A model generated the notes under the pieces. It saw nothing but the letters and a program-made list of their open reading frames with translations. It searched no databases and had not been told where the DNA came from. 64,000 nt of DNA from Nannocystis bainbridge (GTDB lineage: Bacteria > Myxococcota_A > Polyangia > Nannocystales > Nannocystaceae): assembly GCF_028368995.1 (NCBI RefSeq), contig NZ_JAQNDL010000005.1, forward strand, positions 416,001 through 480,000. Direction: 5' to 3'. A program made the position numbers and the translations under genes. This document shows positions 10,540 through 21,317 of this stretch, piece by piece (position 1 is the first letter of the stretch; the number at the start of each line of letters is the position of its first letter).

Positions 10540-11169
10540 TCAGAAGAACAAGAACTCGGTCGAGGTGCCGATCGCAAAGCAGGCGAGCAGCGCGAAGTCA
10601 TGGGCCGACACCGGCTTGCCGTCGTCGTCGACGGTGAGCTCGCCGAGCGTCGTCAGCTCGTGCGGCTCCGGGTCGCGCGACAACAGGCGGCGATACAGCG
10701 CCGTGACCGTCGCGGTGAACTCCTTGTCGTCGGGGGACGGCGCCGCCGCGGCGGCGAGGTCGAGGTCGACGAACACGGCCGGCGAGCCGCCGCGATCGAG
10801 CTCGGCCCGGTTGGCGCAGGCGCTCATGACCACGCGCTCGAGCACGATCGGCGTCGACACCAGAGTGTCGGGCAACGGCTCGTAGAGCCCGATGCGCAGC
10901 GGGTCGGCGCCGCCGAGCGAGATGTGGTGGATCTCGCGGGTGCACGAGCCGCGGCCCAGCTCGTTGCACACCCGGTCCTCGGGCAGCTCGAGCGCGCGCA
11001 TGAGGTCCTGCTGGAGCGCCGCGTTGCGCTTCCATTGCAGCTCGCCGCGCTGGGCGCGTTGCATCTCTTCGGCGCCGGTGTCCTCGGAGCCGCCGCCGCC
11101 GCCGTCGCGGCAACCCGCCACGAGCAGCAGCGCCGGCACGAGCGAATGAACGAGTTTATGCATGATCAT
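10540..11169 (-). CDS. Hypothetical lipoprotein (partner in the DUF1501 cluster)
   Basis: LLLVAGC lipobox; LYRRLLSRDP and CFAIGTSTEFLFF ends typical of these triads. Confidence 0.7.
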   Translation of the reverse strand: MIMHKLVHSLVPALLLVAGCRDGGGGGSEDTGAEEMQRAQRGELQWKRNAALQQDLMRALELPEDRVCNELGRGSCTREIHHISLGGADPLRIGLYEPLPDTLVSTPIVLERVVMSACANRAELDRGGSPAVFVDLDLAAAAAPSPDDKEFTATVTALYRRLLSRDPEPHELTTLGELTVDDDGKPVSAHDFALLACFAIGTSTEFLFF

Positions 11170-11182
11170 CGTCGTGCTCCTC

Positions 11183-12622
11183 TCACGGCATGCCGAAGGC
11201 GTCGGTGTCGACGAGGCGGTGAAGCAGGCGGTTGGCCGAGTAGCCGTCGGCCGGCATCGCGGTCCAGACCGCGTCGAACTCGTCGAGCTCGTCCGGGCGC
11301 GGCTCGTGCCCCACCGCGTAGATGAAGAACATGTGGGCCAGGTTGCGCTGGAACTCGCGCGACTGCGACATCACGGCCGCGAGGTCGACGAGGCTCTCGA
11401 CCGGCCGGTCGAGCACGACGAACCCCGGGTCCGCCTCGTCCCATCCGGGGATCCGCTCGGTCGGGCGCGTGGCCCGGTACTGCCCGGTGCGGTTGAGGTT
11501 CTTGAGGTCGATGCCCTCGTAGTACGAGAACGCGTACGACAGCGGGTCGAGCGTCGAGTGGCACTGCGCGCACGCCTGGGCGGCGACGCCCTTGTCGTCG
11601 ATGTCGAGGGGCTCGCCCTCGACCGGCCGGATGCCCTCGTTCTGCGACAAGTCGAGCCCGAGGTACTCGCGGTAGGCGTGCCCGGCCGCGACGCGCGGGA
11701 CGGCGGCGAACATGATGTTGATGAACAGGTTCCACTGGGTCGTCAGCATGCCCGCGCGGTGCTCCGGCGCGAGCAGCTGGCCCCCGCCGAACGCGCCCGA
11801 CGGGTTGGCGATCGTCCCGTCGACCTTGCGGAACGCGCCGGCGTCGTCGAGGCCGACGTGGTACTGCGCGGTCAGCAGCTCACGCGCGTCGCGGTCGCCG
11901 GACAGCACGTACTGCCACAGCCGGTAGTCCCACTCGTAGTCGGACAGCGTGATCTTGTAGCCGTTGATCGAGATGTCGGTGTCGACGCCGAAGGCCTGGA
12001 CCGGGCGGATCTTCGGGTGCGCCAGCGAGGCCAGCGCCTCGTCGATCCAGAACCTGGTCTCGAGGCACTCGGCGAGCGCGTCGTGGATCGCCTCGATCTG
12101 GGCCTCGCCGCCGAGCTCGGCGAACTCCGTGACCTCGTCGTACGACGGCGAGGCGCCGCAGAACAGCAGGCGGACCCGCTTGAAGGCGTAGCGCGGATCG
12201 TACTCGCCGATCGCGTAGCTCGGGTTGTCCAGCCCTTCGGGGGTCGGCCGCGGCATCCACTGCGACAGCGGATCGCCCGGGTCGGTCCCGAGCTCGATCT
12301 CCTCGCGGTTGCTCAGGCCGTCGCCGTCGCTGTCGTCGTCCTCGATGGCCGCGAGCGCCGACGCGAGGTTGTCGTCGAACGCCGCGCCCTTCAGCGCGCC
12401 GAGCACCGCCCCGCCGTACGCGTTCCAGTTGACCGGCTGGGTCGACAGGTGACACTTGCTGCACGTGATGCTGCGGCCCATGCACTCCGGCGCGTCGGCG
12501 TAGACGTCGCAGAAGGCGCGCGGGCCGGTCGGCCTGGCCTGGCTCTCGGGCGCGAACGAGGCGACCGCGAGGCCGCAACCGACGAGCGCCAGGTACCGCA
12601 GGACGCCGTATCGAGGGATCAT
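11183..12622 (-). CDS. Secreted c-type cytochrome-like protein (two CxxCH) with Ca-binding DxDxDG repeat
   Basis: ATG 12622 after a GGGGAGGGG RBS; signal peptide; CSKCH and CAQCH; DSDGDGLSNREEIELGTDPGDP. Confidence 0.72.
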   Translation of the reverse strand: MIPRYGVLRYLALVGCGLAVASFAPESQARPTGPRAFCDVYADAPECMGRSITCSKCHLSTQPVNWNAYGGAVLGALKGAAFDDNLASALAAIEDDDSDGDGLSNREEIELGTDPGDPLSQWMPRPTPEGLDNPSYAIGEYDPRYAFKRVRLLFCGASPSYDEVTEFAELGGEAQIEAIHDALAECLETRFWIDEALASLAHPKIRPVQAFGVDTDISINGYKITLSDYEWDYRLWQYVLSGDRDARELLTAQYHVGLDDAGAFRKVDGTIANPSGAFGGGQLLAPEHRAGMLTTQWNLFINIMFAAVPRVAAGHAYREYLGLDLSQNEGIRPVEGEPLDIDDKGVAAQACAQCHSTLDPLSYAFSYYEGIDLKNLNRTGQYRATRPTERIPGWDEADPGFVVLDRPVESLVDLAAVMSQSREFQRNLAHMFFIYAVGHEPRPDELDEFDAVWTAMPADGYSANRLLHRLVDTDAFGMP

Positions 12623-12831
12623 CGGTCCCCCTCCCCGAGCCGCGACGGCTCGGCGGGCGAACTCGGTCCAGGGCGGGGAGGCCGGGCCGTCTGCAGACGA
12701 ACGGGCGCGACGGCGAGCGACATGGCGGTCATTGGCGGCTCCTGTATCCTCGAAGGTAGAATGTTCCGCTGCAGCATACGAGCCCCACCGGCGCACCTGA
12801 CTGGTGCGTCCACGCAACAAGGACCTCGGCC

Positions 12832-13737
12832 ATGGAATCACTGCTCGCCAACCTCCCCACCCTGATGGCGCTCGTACGGCACGGCTCCGTGACCGCGGCC
12901 GCGGCAGAGCTCGGTGTCCCCCGCAGCACGGTGAGCCGCCGACTCGCCCGTCTCGAGCAGGAACTGGGGGTCGTGCTGGCGGAAAGGACCACCCGGACGC
13001 TCAAGCTGACCGACGCCGCGCGCGAGCTGGGCGGGGAATCGGCCGCGCTGCTGACGAAGCTCCGGACCACCGCCGAGGCCATCGTCGCCGAGGCCGGCAA
13101 GGTGAAGGGGCGGCTGCGCATCGCCCTCGCGCCGGGGTTGGGCGGGCCGTTCATCACGCCGCTCATCGCCAGCTTTCAGCGGCGGCACCCGGACGTCGTG
13201 GTCGAGCTGCTCGTCACCGAGCGGCAGCCGCACCTGCTCGACGACCAGATCGACGCGCTGGCCGTGACGACGCTCGACCCCGCGTTGCCGTGGAGCCGCC
13301 GGTCCCTCGGCAAGACCCCGGCGATCGCGGTCGCCAGCCCTCGCTATCTCCGCGATCGCCCGGCGCCGACCGACGCCGCGGCCCTCGAGGATCACGTCGT
13401 GCTCTGGTACGGCCTCAACCGCGGCGGCACGTTCACCTGGCCGCGGCTGCGGGGCGCGCCGCTCCCGGTGCGCCCGGCGTTCGTGACCAACGACCTGCCC
13501 ACGCTGCGAGAGATGGCGCTCGAGGGCGTGGGCGTCGCGGTGCTGCCCATGCACCTCATCGTCGACGAGCTGGCCCGGGGAGCGCTCGTCCACGTGCTGC
13601 CGAAGCAGATCGGCGCCACCATCGAGTTCTTCGCGCTGTTCGTCCCCGAGCGCGGCAAGAGCCCGGTTCTGCGCGCCCTCTTCGACGAGGTCTCGCGCTT
13701 CTCGGCCAAGCTCGCGGCCAGCCGCAGCAAGGCGTGA
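12832..13737 (+). CDS. LysR family transcriptional regulator
   Basis: GSVTAAAAELGVPRSTVSRRLARLEQELGVVLAERTTRTLKLT helix-turn-helix; divergent from the upstream operon. Confidence 0.95.
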   Translation: MESLLANLPTLMALVRHGSVTAAAAELGVPRSTVSRRLARLEQELGVVLAERTTRTLKLTDAARELGGESAALLTKLRTTAEAIVAEAGKVKGRLRIALAPGLGGPFITPLIASFQRRHPDVVVELLVTERQPHLLDDQIDALAVTTLDPALPWSRRSLGKTPAIAVASPRYLRDRPAPTDAAALEDHVVLWYGLNRGGTFTWPRLRGAPLPVRPAFVTNDLPTLREMALEGVGVAVLPMHLIVDELARGALVHVLPKQIGATIEFFALFVPERGKSPVLRALFDEVSRFSAKLAASRSKA

Positions 13738-13785
13738 CGCGGGAGCTGATCACGAAGGCGCGGCGCTCGCCGGCCGCGTCGATGA

Positions 13786-14403
13786 CTACATGTCTCTTGG
13801 GACATGTACGAACGTCGACCCCGGTAGTCGGCCCTGCACGCCTTCCGGCAGTCGCGGAAGGATTTCCACCACATCCGCCATCACCCGGCCGCTCTTCTCC
13901 AGCAACTGGTTGCACCTGCCGAAGAGCGGCTGCCGGAACTCCACCGCCAGGGCCTCGCTCATCAGCGCGTCTGACCAGGTCTGAAAGAAGATTGCAGGCC
14001 GGCTGGTGGAGGCTACCTGCATGTCCGCCAGCAGCCGCCCCAGCGGTACGTGCCCCTGCACCAGCAGCTCCCGCCCCCGACTCTCGAAGCAGTTCAGGTG
14101 GATGCGGATGGCCGCCAGCTCCGCGGGGCGCAGGTCCACCGCGCCCACCAGCAGCACCTGGCGCCGCAGCTCGTCCTTGCCCAGGCTGGTGTGGAGCACC
14201 TTCAGCGTCAGCCGCTGGTCGAAGAAGTCTTCCAGCGTCGGCGTCATCGTGCCCTCATGCACCAGCAGCTGTCGGTACGGTTGCGGCATGTCCTCCGGCT
14301 CGATGAAGGACAGGCGCGGCAAAGGCAGCCCCCGAGCGGCGTAGAGCACCTCCAGCGGCTCGAACGCGCTGGGATGTGAATCGGTGAACTTTCTGCCAGA
14401 CAT
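13786..14403 (-). CDS. Chorismate pyruvate-lyase (UbiC/UTRA-fold)-like protein
   Basis: ATG 14403; LLVHEGTMTPTLE, RRQVLL, PLGRLL, FGRCNQ, VVEILP pattern; same operon as a DAHP synthase. Confidence 0.65.
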   Translation of the reverse strand: MSGRKFTDSHPSAFEPLEVLYAARGLPLPRLSFIEPEDMPQPYRQLLVHEGTMTPTLEDFFDQRLTLKVLHTSLGKDELRRQVLLVGAVDLRPAELAAIRIHLNCFESRGRELLVQGHVPLGRLLADMQVASTSRPAIFFQTWSDALMSEALAVEFRQPLFGRCNQLLEKSGRVMADVVEILPRLPEGVQGRLPGSTFVHVPRDM

Positions 14404-14426
14404 GTGGATCTCCCTCGCGCTTGGGG

Positions 14427-15229
14427 TCACCGGCCGCATCGCTCAGTCTCCGTGGGCTCGAGCGCCGCTCGAGTCGCGCTTCGTTGCGCGAATCGCCACG
14501 AGACGAGTCGGCGCCCGATCTCGTGCAGAAGCTCGGAGCGAGCGCTGTCCAAGAAGAAGTGCCTCCCCGGAAACACCTGCAGGTCGAACGGTCCGGACGT
14601 GTACTGCCGCCATGCCTTGAGCCCCTCATCCGTCACCTCCGGATCCTCGATGCCGCTGAACACGGTGAGGGGCGCTGCCAGGCCGCCTCTCACCGGTCCA
14701 CGCGCCCGCGTATCGACGAGCGCGAAGTCGGCACGCAAAATGGGAATGAACAGCTCGATAATCGCGTTGTTCGCGAGCACCTCCTCCGGCACGCCGTTCC
14801 ATCGCCGGAGCTCCACCAGGAGCTCCTCTCGCGAGACGTGCTGGAGCGAGCGGCGCTCGATATGTGGCGCCTGCGCTCCAGAGACGAAGACATGGACCGG
14901 GGAACGCTCGGCGACGGTTGCGAGCCGCGACGCCAGCTCGATGGCGATGCTGGCGCCCATGCTGTGGCCGAAGATCGCAAATGGGCGGTCGATGGCGGCG
15001 GCGCACGCCCCCGCCATCACGTCCACGAGCGACGACATGCGCCGGCAAGGCTCCTCTGCCATGCGCTGCCCGTGGCCCGGCAGCTCGATTGCCACCACCT
15101 CGATGTTATCGGGGAGCGCGGCTCCCCATTCGCGGAAGGCACTCGCATCTCCCCCTGCGTAGGGCAGGCAGAGCAGCCGCAGGTCACAGTCGGGACTTGG
15201 ACGACGTTTGGAAACCAGGAGGAGCTCAT
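14427..15229 (-). CDS. Type II thioesterase (GrsT-like), with an apparent 1-nt frameshift near 15210
   Basis: LRLLCLPYAGG, FGHSMGA, LRADF, FPGRHFF; ATG 15229 (MSSSWF) is out of frame with the body. Confidence 0.85.
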
Positions 15230-15253
15230 GGGACTCTCGCTCACGGGTGATGG

Positions 15254-18200
15254 CTATCGCTTCCGGTTCTTGACGTCCGCGAGCGCCCTGAGCGCCTGGT
15301 CCACCTCTGCGGTAGTGTTAGCGGCCGTGATCGAGAAGCGGAGGACCCCCTTGTTGTAGGGAACGAGCGGATAGACGGCGGGGGTAATCAGAACGTCGTG
15401 CTCCCACAGGATGCGGCACGCCTCGACCACGTCGGCGTTGGAGCCGACCTCGACCGCGACGAGGGGAAAGTAGTTGTTCTCATTGACTGCGAAGCCGAGA
15501 GCCCGCGCTCCGCTCACCAGCTTGCGCGTCAGCTCGAGCAGCTGCGCACGCCATCGACCGCCCTCATCCCGATTCAAACGAACGCCCGCGATGGCGCTCG
15601 CCAGGCTTGCCACGCAGGTCGGTCCCGAGTACCCAAAAGTAGTGGTCTCGTTGGAGAGCCGCGCCTTCGTCGCCCTGTCCGGAACGGTCATGAACGCGCC
15701 ATAGGACGAGAACGCCTTCGACAGTCCAGCGACGTAGGTGATGTTGTCCTCGGCGTAGCGCAGCCCGTGGAACCTGACGAGCCCGTTTCCCTTTTGCCCG
15801 TATGGCATCCCGGGATTCGGATTCTCACCGATGACACCGAAACCGTGCGCGTCGTCGATGTAGATATGCGCGTTGTAGGTCTTGGCCAGCCGCACATACG
15901 CCGGGAGATCGGAGAACGTGCCTGACATCGAGTACACGCCGTCGATGACGATCAGCTTCGTCCGGGAGTGCGGGAACCGGACCAGCTGTCGCTCCAACGC
16001 TTGGAGGTCGTTGTGCGTGTAGTCCACGAGCTCGGCGCCGTCGACGGTGGCCCGGCAGCAGGCCTCGTACATGGTGTTGTGCGCAGCCACGTCCTTGAAG
16101 ATGACCCCATCCCTGCCGACCAGCTTGGGGATGATGCCGAGGTGCAGGAGCGAGAGAGACGGGAAGACGAGCACCTCGGGCGAACCAACGAGCTGCGGCA
16201 GCTCGGACTCCAGCTCCTCGTAAATCCTCGGGGTCGCGACCTGCCGGCTCCAGCTCGGGTGCACGCCCCACTTAGCGACCGCCGGCGCGATCGCTTCCAT
16301 GACCTTCGGGTGCAGATCCAGTCCCAGGTAGTTGCAGGACGCGAAGTCAGACCTCCACCGCCCCCCGGCGAGCACCTGCCGGCCGCGCTGTTCCTCGACG
16401 AGCACCAGTCGCTGAGGGACCAGGGGCGTGATGTCCTCGACCAGGTCGGGTCCCGGCACTCCGTCCGCGAGATGGCGCGCCAACTCAGCGGGGGTCGGGT
16501 GGGCCCAGGCAACGACCGGCGAAACCTCCCTCGCCAGGAGCCGCCGCAGGTCCTGGGCAAGGCCGACGGCGAGCAGCGAAGTCATCCCGTAGTCGGAGAA
16601 GCGCCGCTGAGCGTCCACCGGCTGGCCGTCGAGCTCGAGGTTTCGCGCGAGCCAACCGGCGATCCAGCCCTCGTGCTCTTCGACCGACTGCGGCTGCTTT
16701 GCGAATACCTCCTCATCCGAGGTGGCCGGGACCTTCGCACTCTGCCGGCGGTCGAGGGCTCGCTGATTCTGGATTGCTGCGATGGATTGCAGCTTCTTGT
16801 CGCGAAGCACGCGCTTGAGAAGCTTTCCGCTGCCGCTCTTGGGCAGCGCGTCGACGAACTCGACGTCGCTCGGAACCTTGAAGTCGGCCATGTTCTTGCG
16901 ACAAAACGCGAGGATGTCGTTCACCGTGGCCCTGGAGTCGGGACGCAGCACGATCGCGGCGCATACCTTCTCCTCCGAGATCGAATCTGGGATGCCGTAG
17001 ACCGCGACCTCCGCGATGTCTCGATTCTGATACAGGATGTTCTCGACTTCGGAAGGGAAGACCTTCATCCCCGCGACGTTGACCATGTCCTTGATGCGGT
17101 CGACGATGTACAAGCAGCCGTCGTCATCCATGCGGCCGATATCGCCCGAGAGGAACCAGCCATCGTGCAGCTTCTCGGCGGTCTCTGCGGGACGATTCCA
17201 GTAGCCCAGCATGACGCTCGGTCCGCGGATCGCAATCTCACCCAGGTCGCCCGGCTTGCCCGCTTCGCCGTCTGAGCCGACCACGCGCACTTCGACCCGG
17301 GCGATCGTGCGTCCCACCGACCCGGGCTTGCTCCGGGGGTCATGGTTGAAGCACGCCATGCAGGTTTCGGTGAGACCATAGCCTTCGTTGATGGCGAAAC
17401 CGTACTTCTCGAGCCACTTGCTTCCGAGCTCGACCGGGAGCTTCGCGCCCGCGGAGACGGCGCGCCGAATCGAGATCAGTTGCTTGGGCGCGGACTGTTC
17501 GAAGAGCATCAAGTACAGCGTCGGCACGCCGAAGAAGAGCGTGATCGCGTGTTCTTCGATGGACCGAAGCACGGACTCGGGCTCGAACTGACGATGCAGC
17601 ACCAGCGTAGCTCCGGCCTCGAAGCATGGGTTGAGCACCGCGGTCTGAGGGAAGCTGAAGAACAGGGGCAGACAAAGGAGGACGCGGTCCTCGTGCTGCA
17701 CGGACAGCGTGCCGACCGCCGTTTGACTGCTGACGATGACATTGTGGTGCGAGAGGAGCGCGCCCTTGGGAAAGCCGGTCGTCCCGGATGTGTAGTGAAT
17801 GACGGCCGGGTGGTCGGCTGTCACTTCGGCGGCGATCGCCTCAGGCGACTCGGCGAGCGACAGGGCGGCGAACGTGTCTGTGCTGGCTGGAGCACCGTCG
17901 ACGAGAACAACGCGGTCCAGGTGGGGCAGGGCGGACCGCATGGCATCCGCGGCCGGAAGGACGCCTCGCAACGTGCCCGAGGTGATCAGAACCTTGCTGC
18001 CGCTATCCTTGAGGATAAACTGCGTCTCCTCCGACTTCAGCGCGGCGTTGATGGTCACCGCGATGGCGCCGAGCTTCAGTGTTCCGAGGAATGCAAACAC
18101 GAACTCGGGCTGGTTGGGGAGCCACAGTGCCACGCGGTCGCCGCGGTGGATGCCGAGCCTGGCCAGAGCGTTCGCTGCGCGATTGCTCAGCTCGTTGAGC

Positions 18201-18292
18201 TGCCGGTAGGAAAACTTCGCACCTTCGAAGATCAGAGCGTCGTGGTCTGAGTAGAGCTTTGCGGCGCGTTCCACATGTTGTACGAGATTCAT
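15254..18292 (-). CDS. Tri-domain acyl/aryl adenylation enzyme - ACP - PLP alpha-oxoamine synthase (SxtA4-like)
   Basis: YTSGTTGFPKG, GYGLTE, SGDIG, KSGSGK (ANL family); YGMTSLL (ACP Ser); DFASCNYLGL, DGVYSMSG, DDAHGFG, GLSKAF (AOS with PLP Lys). Confidence 0.92.
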   Translation of the reverse strand: MNLVQHVERAAKLYSDHDALIFEGAKFSYRQLNELSNRAANALARLGIHRGDRVALWLPNQPEFVFAFLGTLKLGAIAVTINAALKSEETQFILKDSGSKVLITSGTLRGVLPAADAMRSALPHLDRVVLVDGAPASTDTFAALSLAESPEAIAAEVTADHPAVIHYTSGTTGFPKGALLSHHNVIVSSQTAVGTLSVQHEDRVLLCLPLFFSFPQTAVLNPCFEAGATLVLHRQFEPESVLRSIEEHAITLFFGVPTLYLMLFEQSAPKQLISIRRAVSAGAKLPVELGSKWLEKYGFAINEGYGLTETCMACFNHDPRSKPGSVGRTIARVEVRVVGSDGEAGKPGDLGEIAIRGPSVMLGYWNRPAETAEKLHDGWFLSGDIGRMDDDGCLYIVDRIKDMVNVAGMKVFPSEVENILYQNRDIAEVAVYGIPDSISEEKVCAAIVLRPDSRATVNDILAFCRKNMADFKVPSDVEFVDALPKSGSGKLLKRVLRDKKLQSIAAIQNQRALDRRQSAKVPATSDEEVFAKQPQSVEEHEGWIAGWLARNLELDGQPVDAQRRFSDYGMTSLLAVGLAQDLRRLLAREVSPVVAWAHPTPAELARHLADGVPGPDLVEDITPLVPQRLVLVEEQRGRQVLAGGRWRSDFASCNYLGLDLHPKVMEAIAPAVAKWGVHPSWSRQVATPRIYEELESELPQLVGSPEVLVFPSLSLLHLGIIPKLVGRDGVIFKDVAAHNTMYEACCRATVDGAELVDYTHNDLQALERQLVRFPHSRTKLIVIDGVYSMSGTFSDLPAYVRLAKTYNAHIYIDDAHGFGVIGENPNPGMPYGQKGNGLVRFHGLRYAEDNITYVAGLSKAFSSYGAFMTVPDRATKARLSNETTTFGYSGPTCVASLASAIAGVRLNRDEGGRWRAQLLELTRKLVSGARALGFAVNENNYFPLVAVEVGSNADVVEACRILWEHDVLITPAVYPLVPYNKGVLRFSITAANTTAEVDQALRALADVKNRKR

Positions 18293-18353
18293 TTTCGATA
18301 TTCCTTTCGATTCGAGCGTTGTTCAGCGCGCGTGAGGCGCGGGCGCTGAAGGA

Positions 18354-19136
18354 TCAGAGCTGAGCAACGAATTCGAGCTCGGTCTGTTGCTTCGTGTTGA
18401 TGACCTTCGTGTGGACCGAACCGTCGTGAACATTAGCGACGGGTGCCGCGTAGGTCAGCACGTATCCGGCAGCCTCGCCTGCCCAAATTGACAGGTCTGC
18501 ATGAAGTCGAGCGACCTTGGCTGGGCTGTCCACGCGAAGCGCGAGGTGCCATATGCTGTCGCCGCGGAAGGCCTGCGCAGTCATCTCACCCCCAGGCACG
18601 AAAGCTCGGCTCCGGGCGGCGTCCATGGGGCAGTTTGAGGCGGAACGGTGAATGTCGAAGAACTCCAGCATCAGATCCCGTTCACCCCGGCGGATCCAGA
18701 CGCGCATGATCTCCGCATACGCGGCCACCCGCTGCTGAAACGAGTCGGACGCCGGGAAACGGTGCAACTTGCTCAGTCGGAGCACATCGCCGCCCCTGCG
18801 GCGCTCCGCCGCGTTGAGCGCCGCGAGCCACAGCGGAATGCTCGTCATCAGCATATCCAGCGGCTGGGAGACCTCGAATCCGACGTGACCGACATCGGTC
18901 GCGCTCGTCGCCTCGAGGGCCGCGCGCGCCATCGCTACACTGCCGTCAAAAAATTCACCAATCACCCGGTCAGCACGCAGGTGCTGCGTCGCCGACAGCG
19001 CAGACGTGAATTTTGCCCAGTCTTTTTGGAGGAGAAGCAGAAGGTCTCGCGTGGTCGAGACGCTCTTGCAGGCCAAGATCGCCTCGTGGAGCGAGAGCAT
19101 GTGCTCCCCATGCGCATGGCATTCATGAAGATGCAT
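18354..19136 (-). CDS. Hypothetical protein, probable VOC/glyoxalase-fold metalloenzyme
   Basis: Paired motifs GHVGFEV...LEFF and WHLALRV...ELEFV give an H/E/H/E ligand pattern; start uncertain. Confidence 0.5.
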   Translation of the reverse strand: MHLHECHAHGEHMLSLHEAILACKSVSTTRDLLLLLQKDWAKFTSALSATQHLRADRVIGEFFDGSVAMARAALEATSATDVGHVGFEVSQPLDMLMTSIPLWLAALNAAERRRGGDVLRLSKLHRFPASDSFQQRVAAYAEIMRVWIRRGERDLMLEFFDIHRSASNCPMDAARSRAFVPGGEMTAQAFRGDSIWHLALRVDSPAKVARLHADLSIWAGEAAGYVLTYAAPVANVHDGSVHTKVINTKQQTELEFVAQL

Positions 19137-19221
19137 CGTTTACGTCCGTGGAGAATGTTATTGCCTTCGTCGCCGGCATCCCGCTCGGGGCTGCCCGGCA
19201 CTTCGGCTGGCTCCCTCAGGG

Positions 19222-20235
<1,014 letters not shown>

Positions 20236-20463
20236 GGTTCCGACCAGGTGTTACGTGCGAGTTGAAAGTTCGGGAAGACTAGGAGAGACGCGATAGGAGA
20301 CAAGGGGTAGAGACGGATGAGCAACGTCACTGTCGCGCCGGGAGGCTCCGCAGATTCACGGCGGGGAATGCCTCGCAGGCCCGCAGAACGACCTCTGCGT
20401 CGAAGCAAACTGCGGACGTGTACCCACGCCCGCGGAACTTCTGGCAAAGAGCCGCAATAGGAT

Positions 20464-20598
<135 letters not shown>

Positions 20599-21149
20599 CA
20601 GATGAAGCGTTTGGTCTCCGGGAGGCCGAGCAAGATGCAACCGGGAGGCCGAACGCGACTTTTACTGAAGTCATCTGGACGTTCTGGCACTGCCGCCGCC
20701 GAATCCGCGCAGCATGACAAAGGTTCAGAGACCCCTGTCTGTCACCACGACGGCGCTATCAGGAGTTTGTCCTCGTCGGCGTTGGGCGCTCGTCGGTACG
20801 GTGGGGGGCAGACGATTGGATGCGAATCAGCGCTGAGCACGACATGGTCATCTCCGCAGCGCGACCGATCCGTCATCGAAATCGGCGTCCCCGTTCGCCC
20901 GTCGACCAGGCACCCGCCCCTGGCAACCAGTCTTCGTAAGAAGAGGCCCCCTCCGAGCGGTTCGCGCAACGTCCCACGACCCGGGACCGACGCCGTCCCT
21001 GGATCTCCGGAAGATCCCCGTCTGTCCGCCGGTCGGATGGTCCGAGGGGAGGCCGGCGATCTGGAAGCCGCGATGTGCGTTGCCCGCGTTGTCCAGCCCG
21101 CCGACGGGGCGAAGATTGTCGGTAGGTGGCGCCGAGGGCGAGCGCCTCG

Positions 21150-21317
21150 TCAGTCGCAGGAGTCGCAGACGCCGTCGACGTGGCAGCCGCATTGCGTGGC
21201 GCCGGTCTCCGGGGCCATTCCGCCCTTCACCTGGCACAGCTCGTCCGCGCCGAGCGTGCGAAACTCGAACTTGGGCAGCTTCTCCTCGTCGTCTCTCTGC
21301 TTCGTTGTCTTAAGCAT
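21150..21317 (-). CDS. Double-glycine-leader peptide precursor (bacteriocin/RiPP-like), 55 aa
   Basis: Translates MLKTTKQRDDEEKLPKFEFRTLGADELCQVKGG|MAPETGATQCGCHVDGVCDSCD*; leader matches LxxxELxxVxGG; alternative in-frame ATG at 21329; too short for the ORF track. Confidence 0.75.
   Translation of the reverse strand: MLKTTKQRDDEEKLPKFEFRTLGADELCQVKGGMAPETGATQCGCHVDGVCDSCD

Noticed and set aside
15254-18292. Saxitoxin or biotin (bioF) biosynthesis
   Set aside because: No amidinotransferase, other sxt genes or bio genes in the window, and the loading module differs from SxtA
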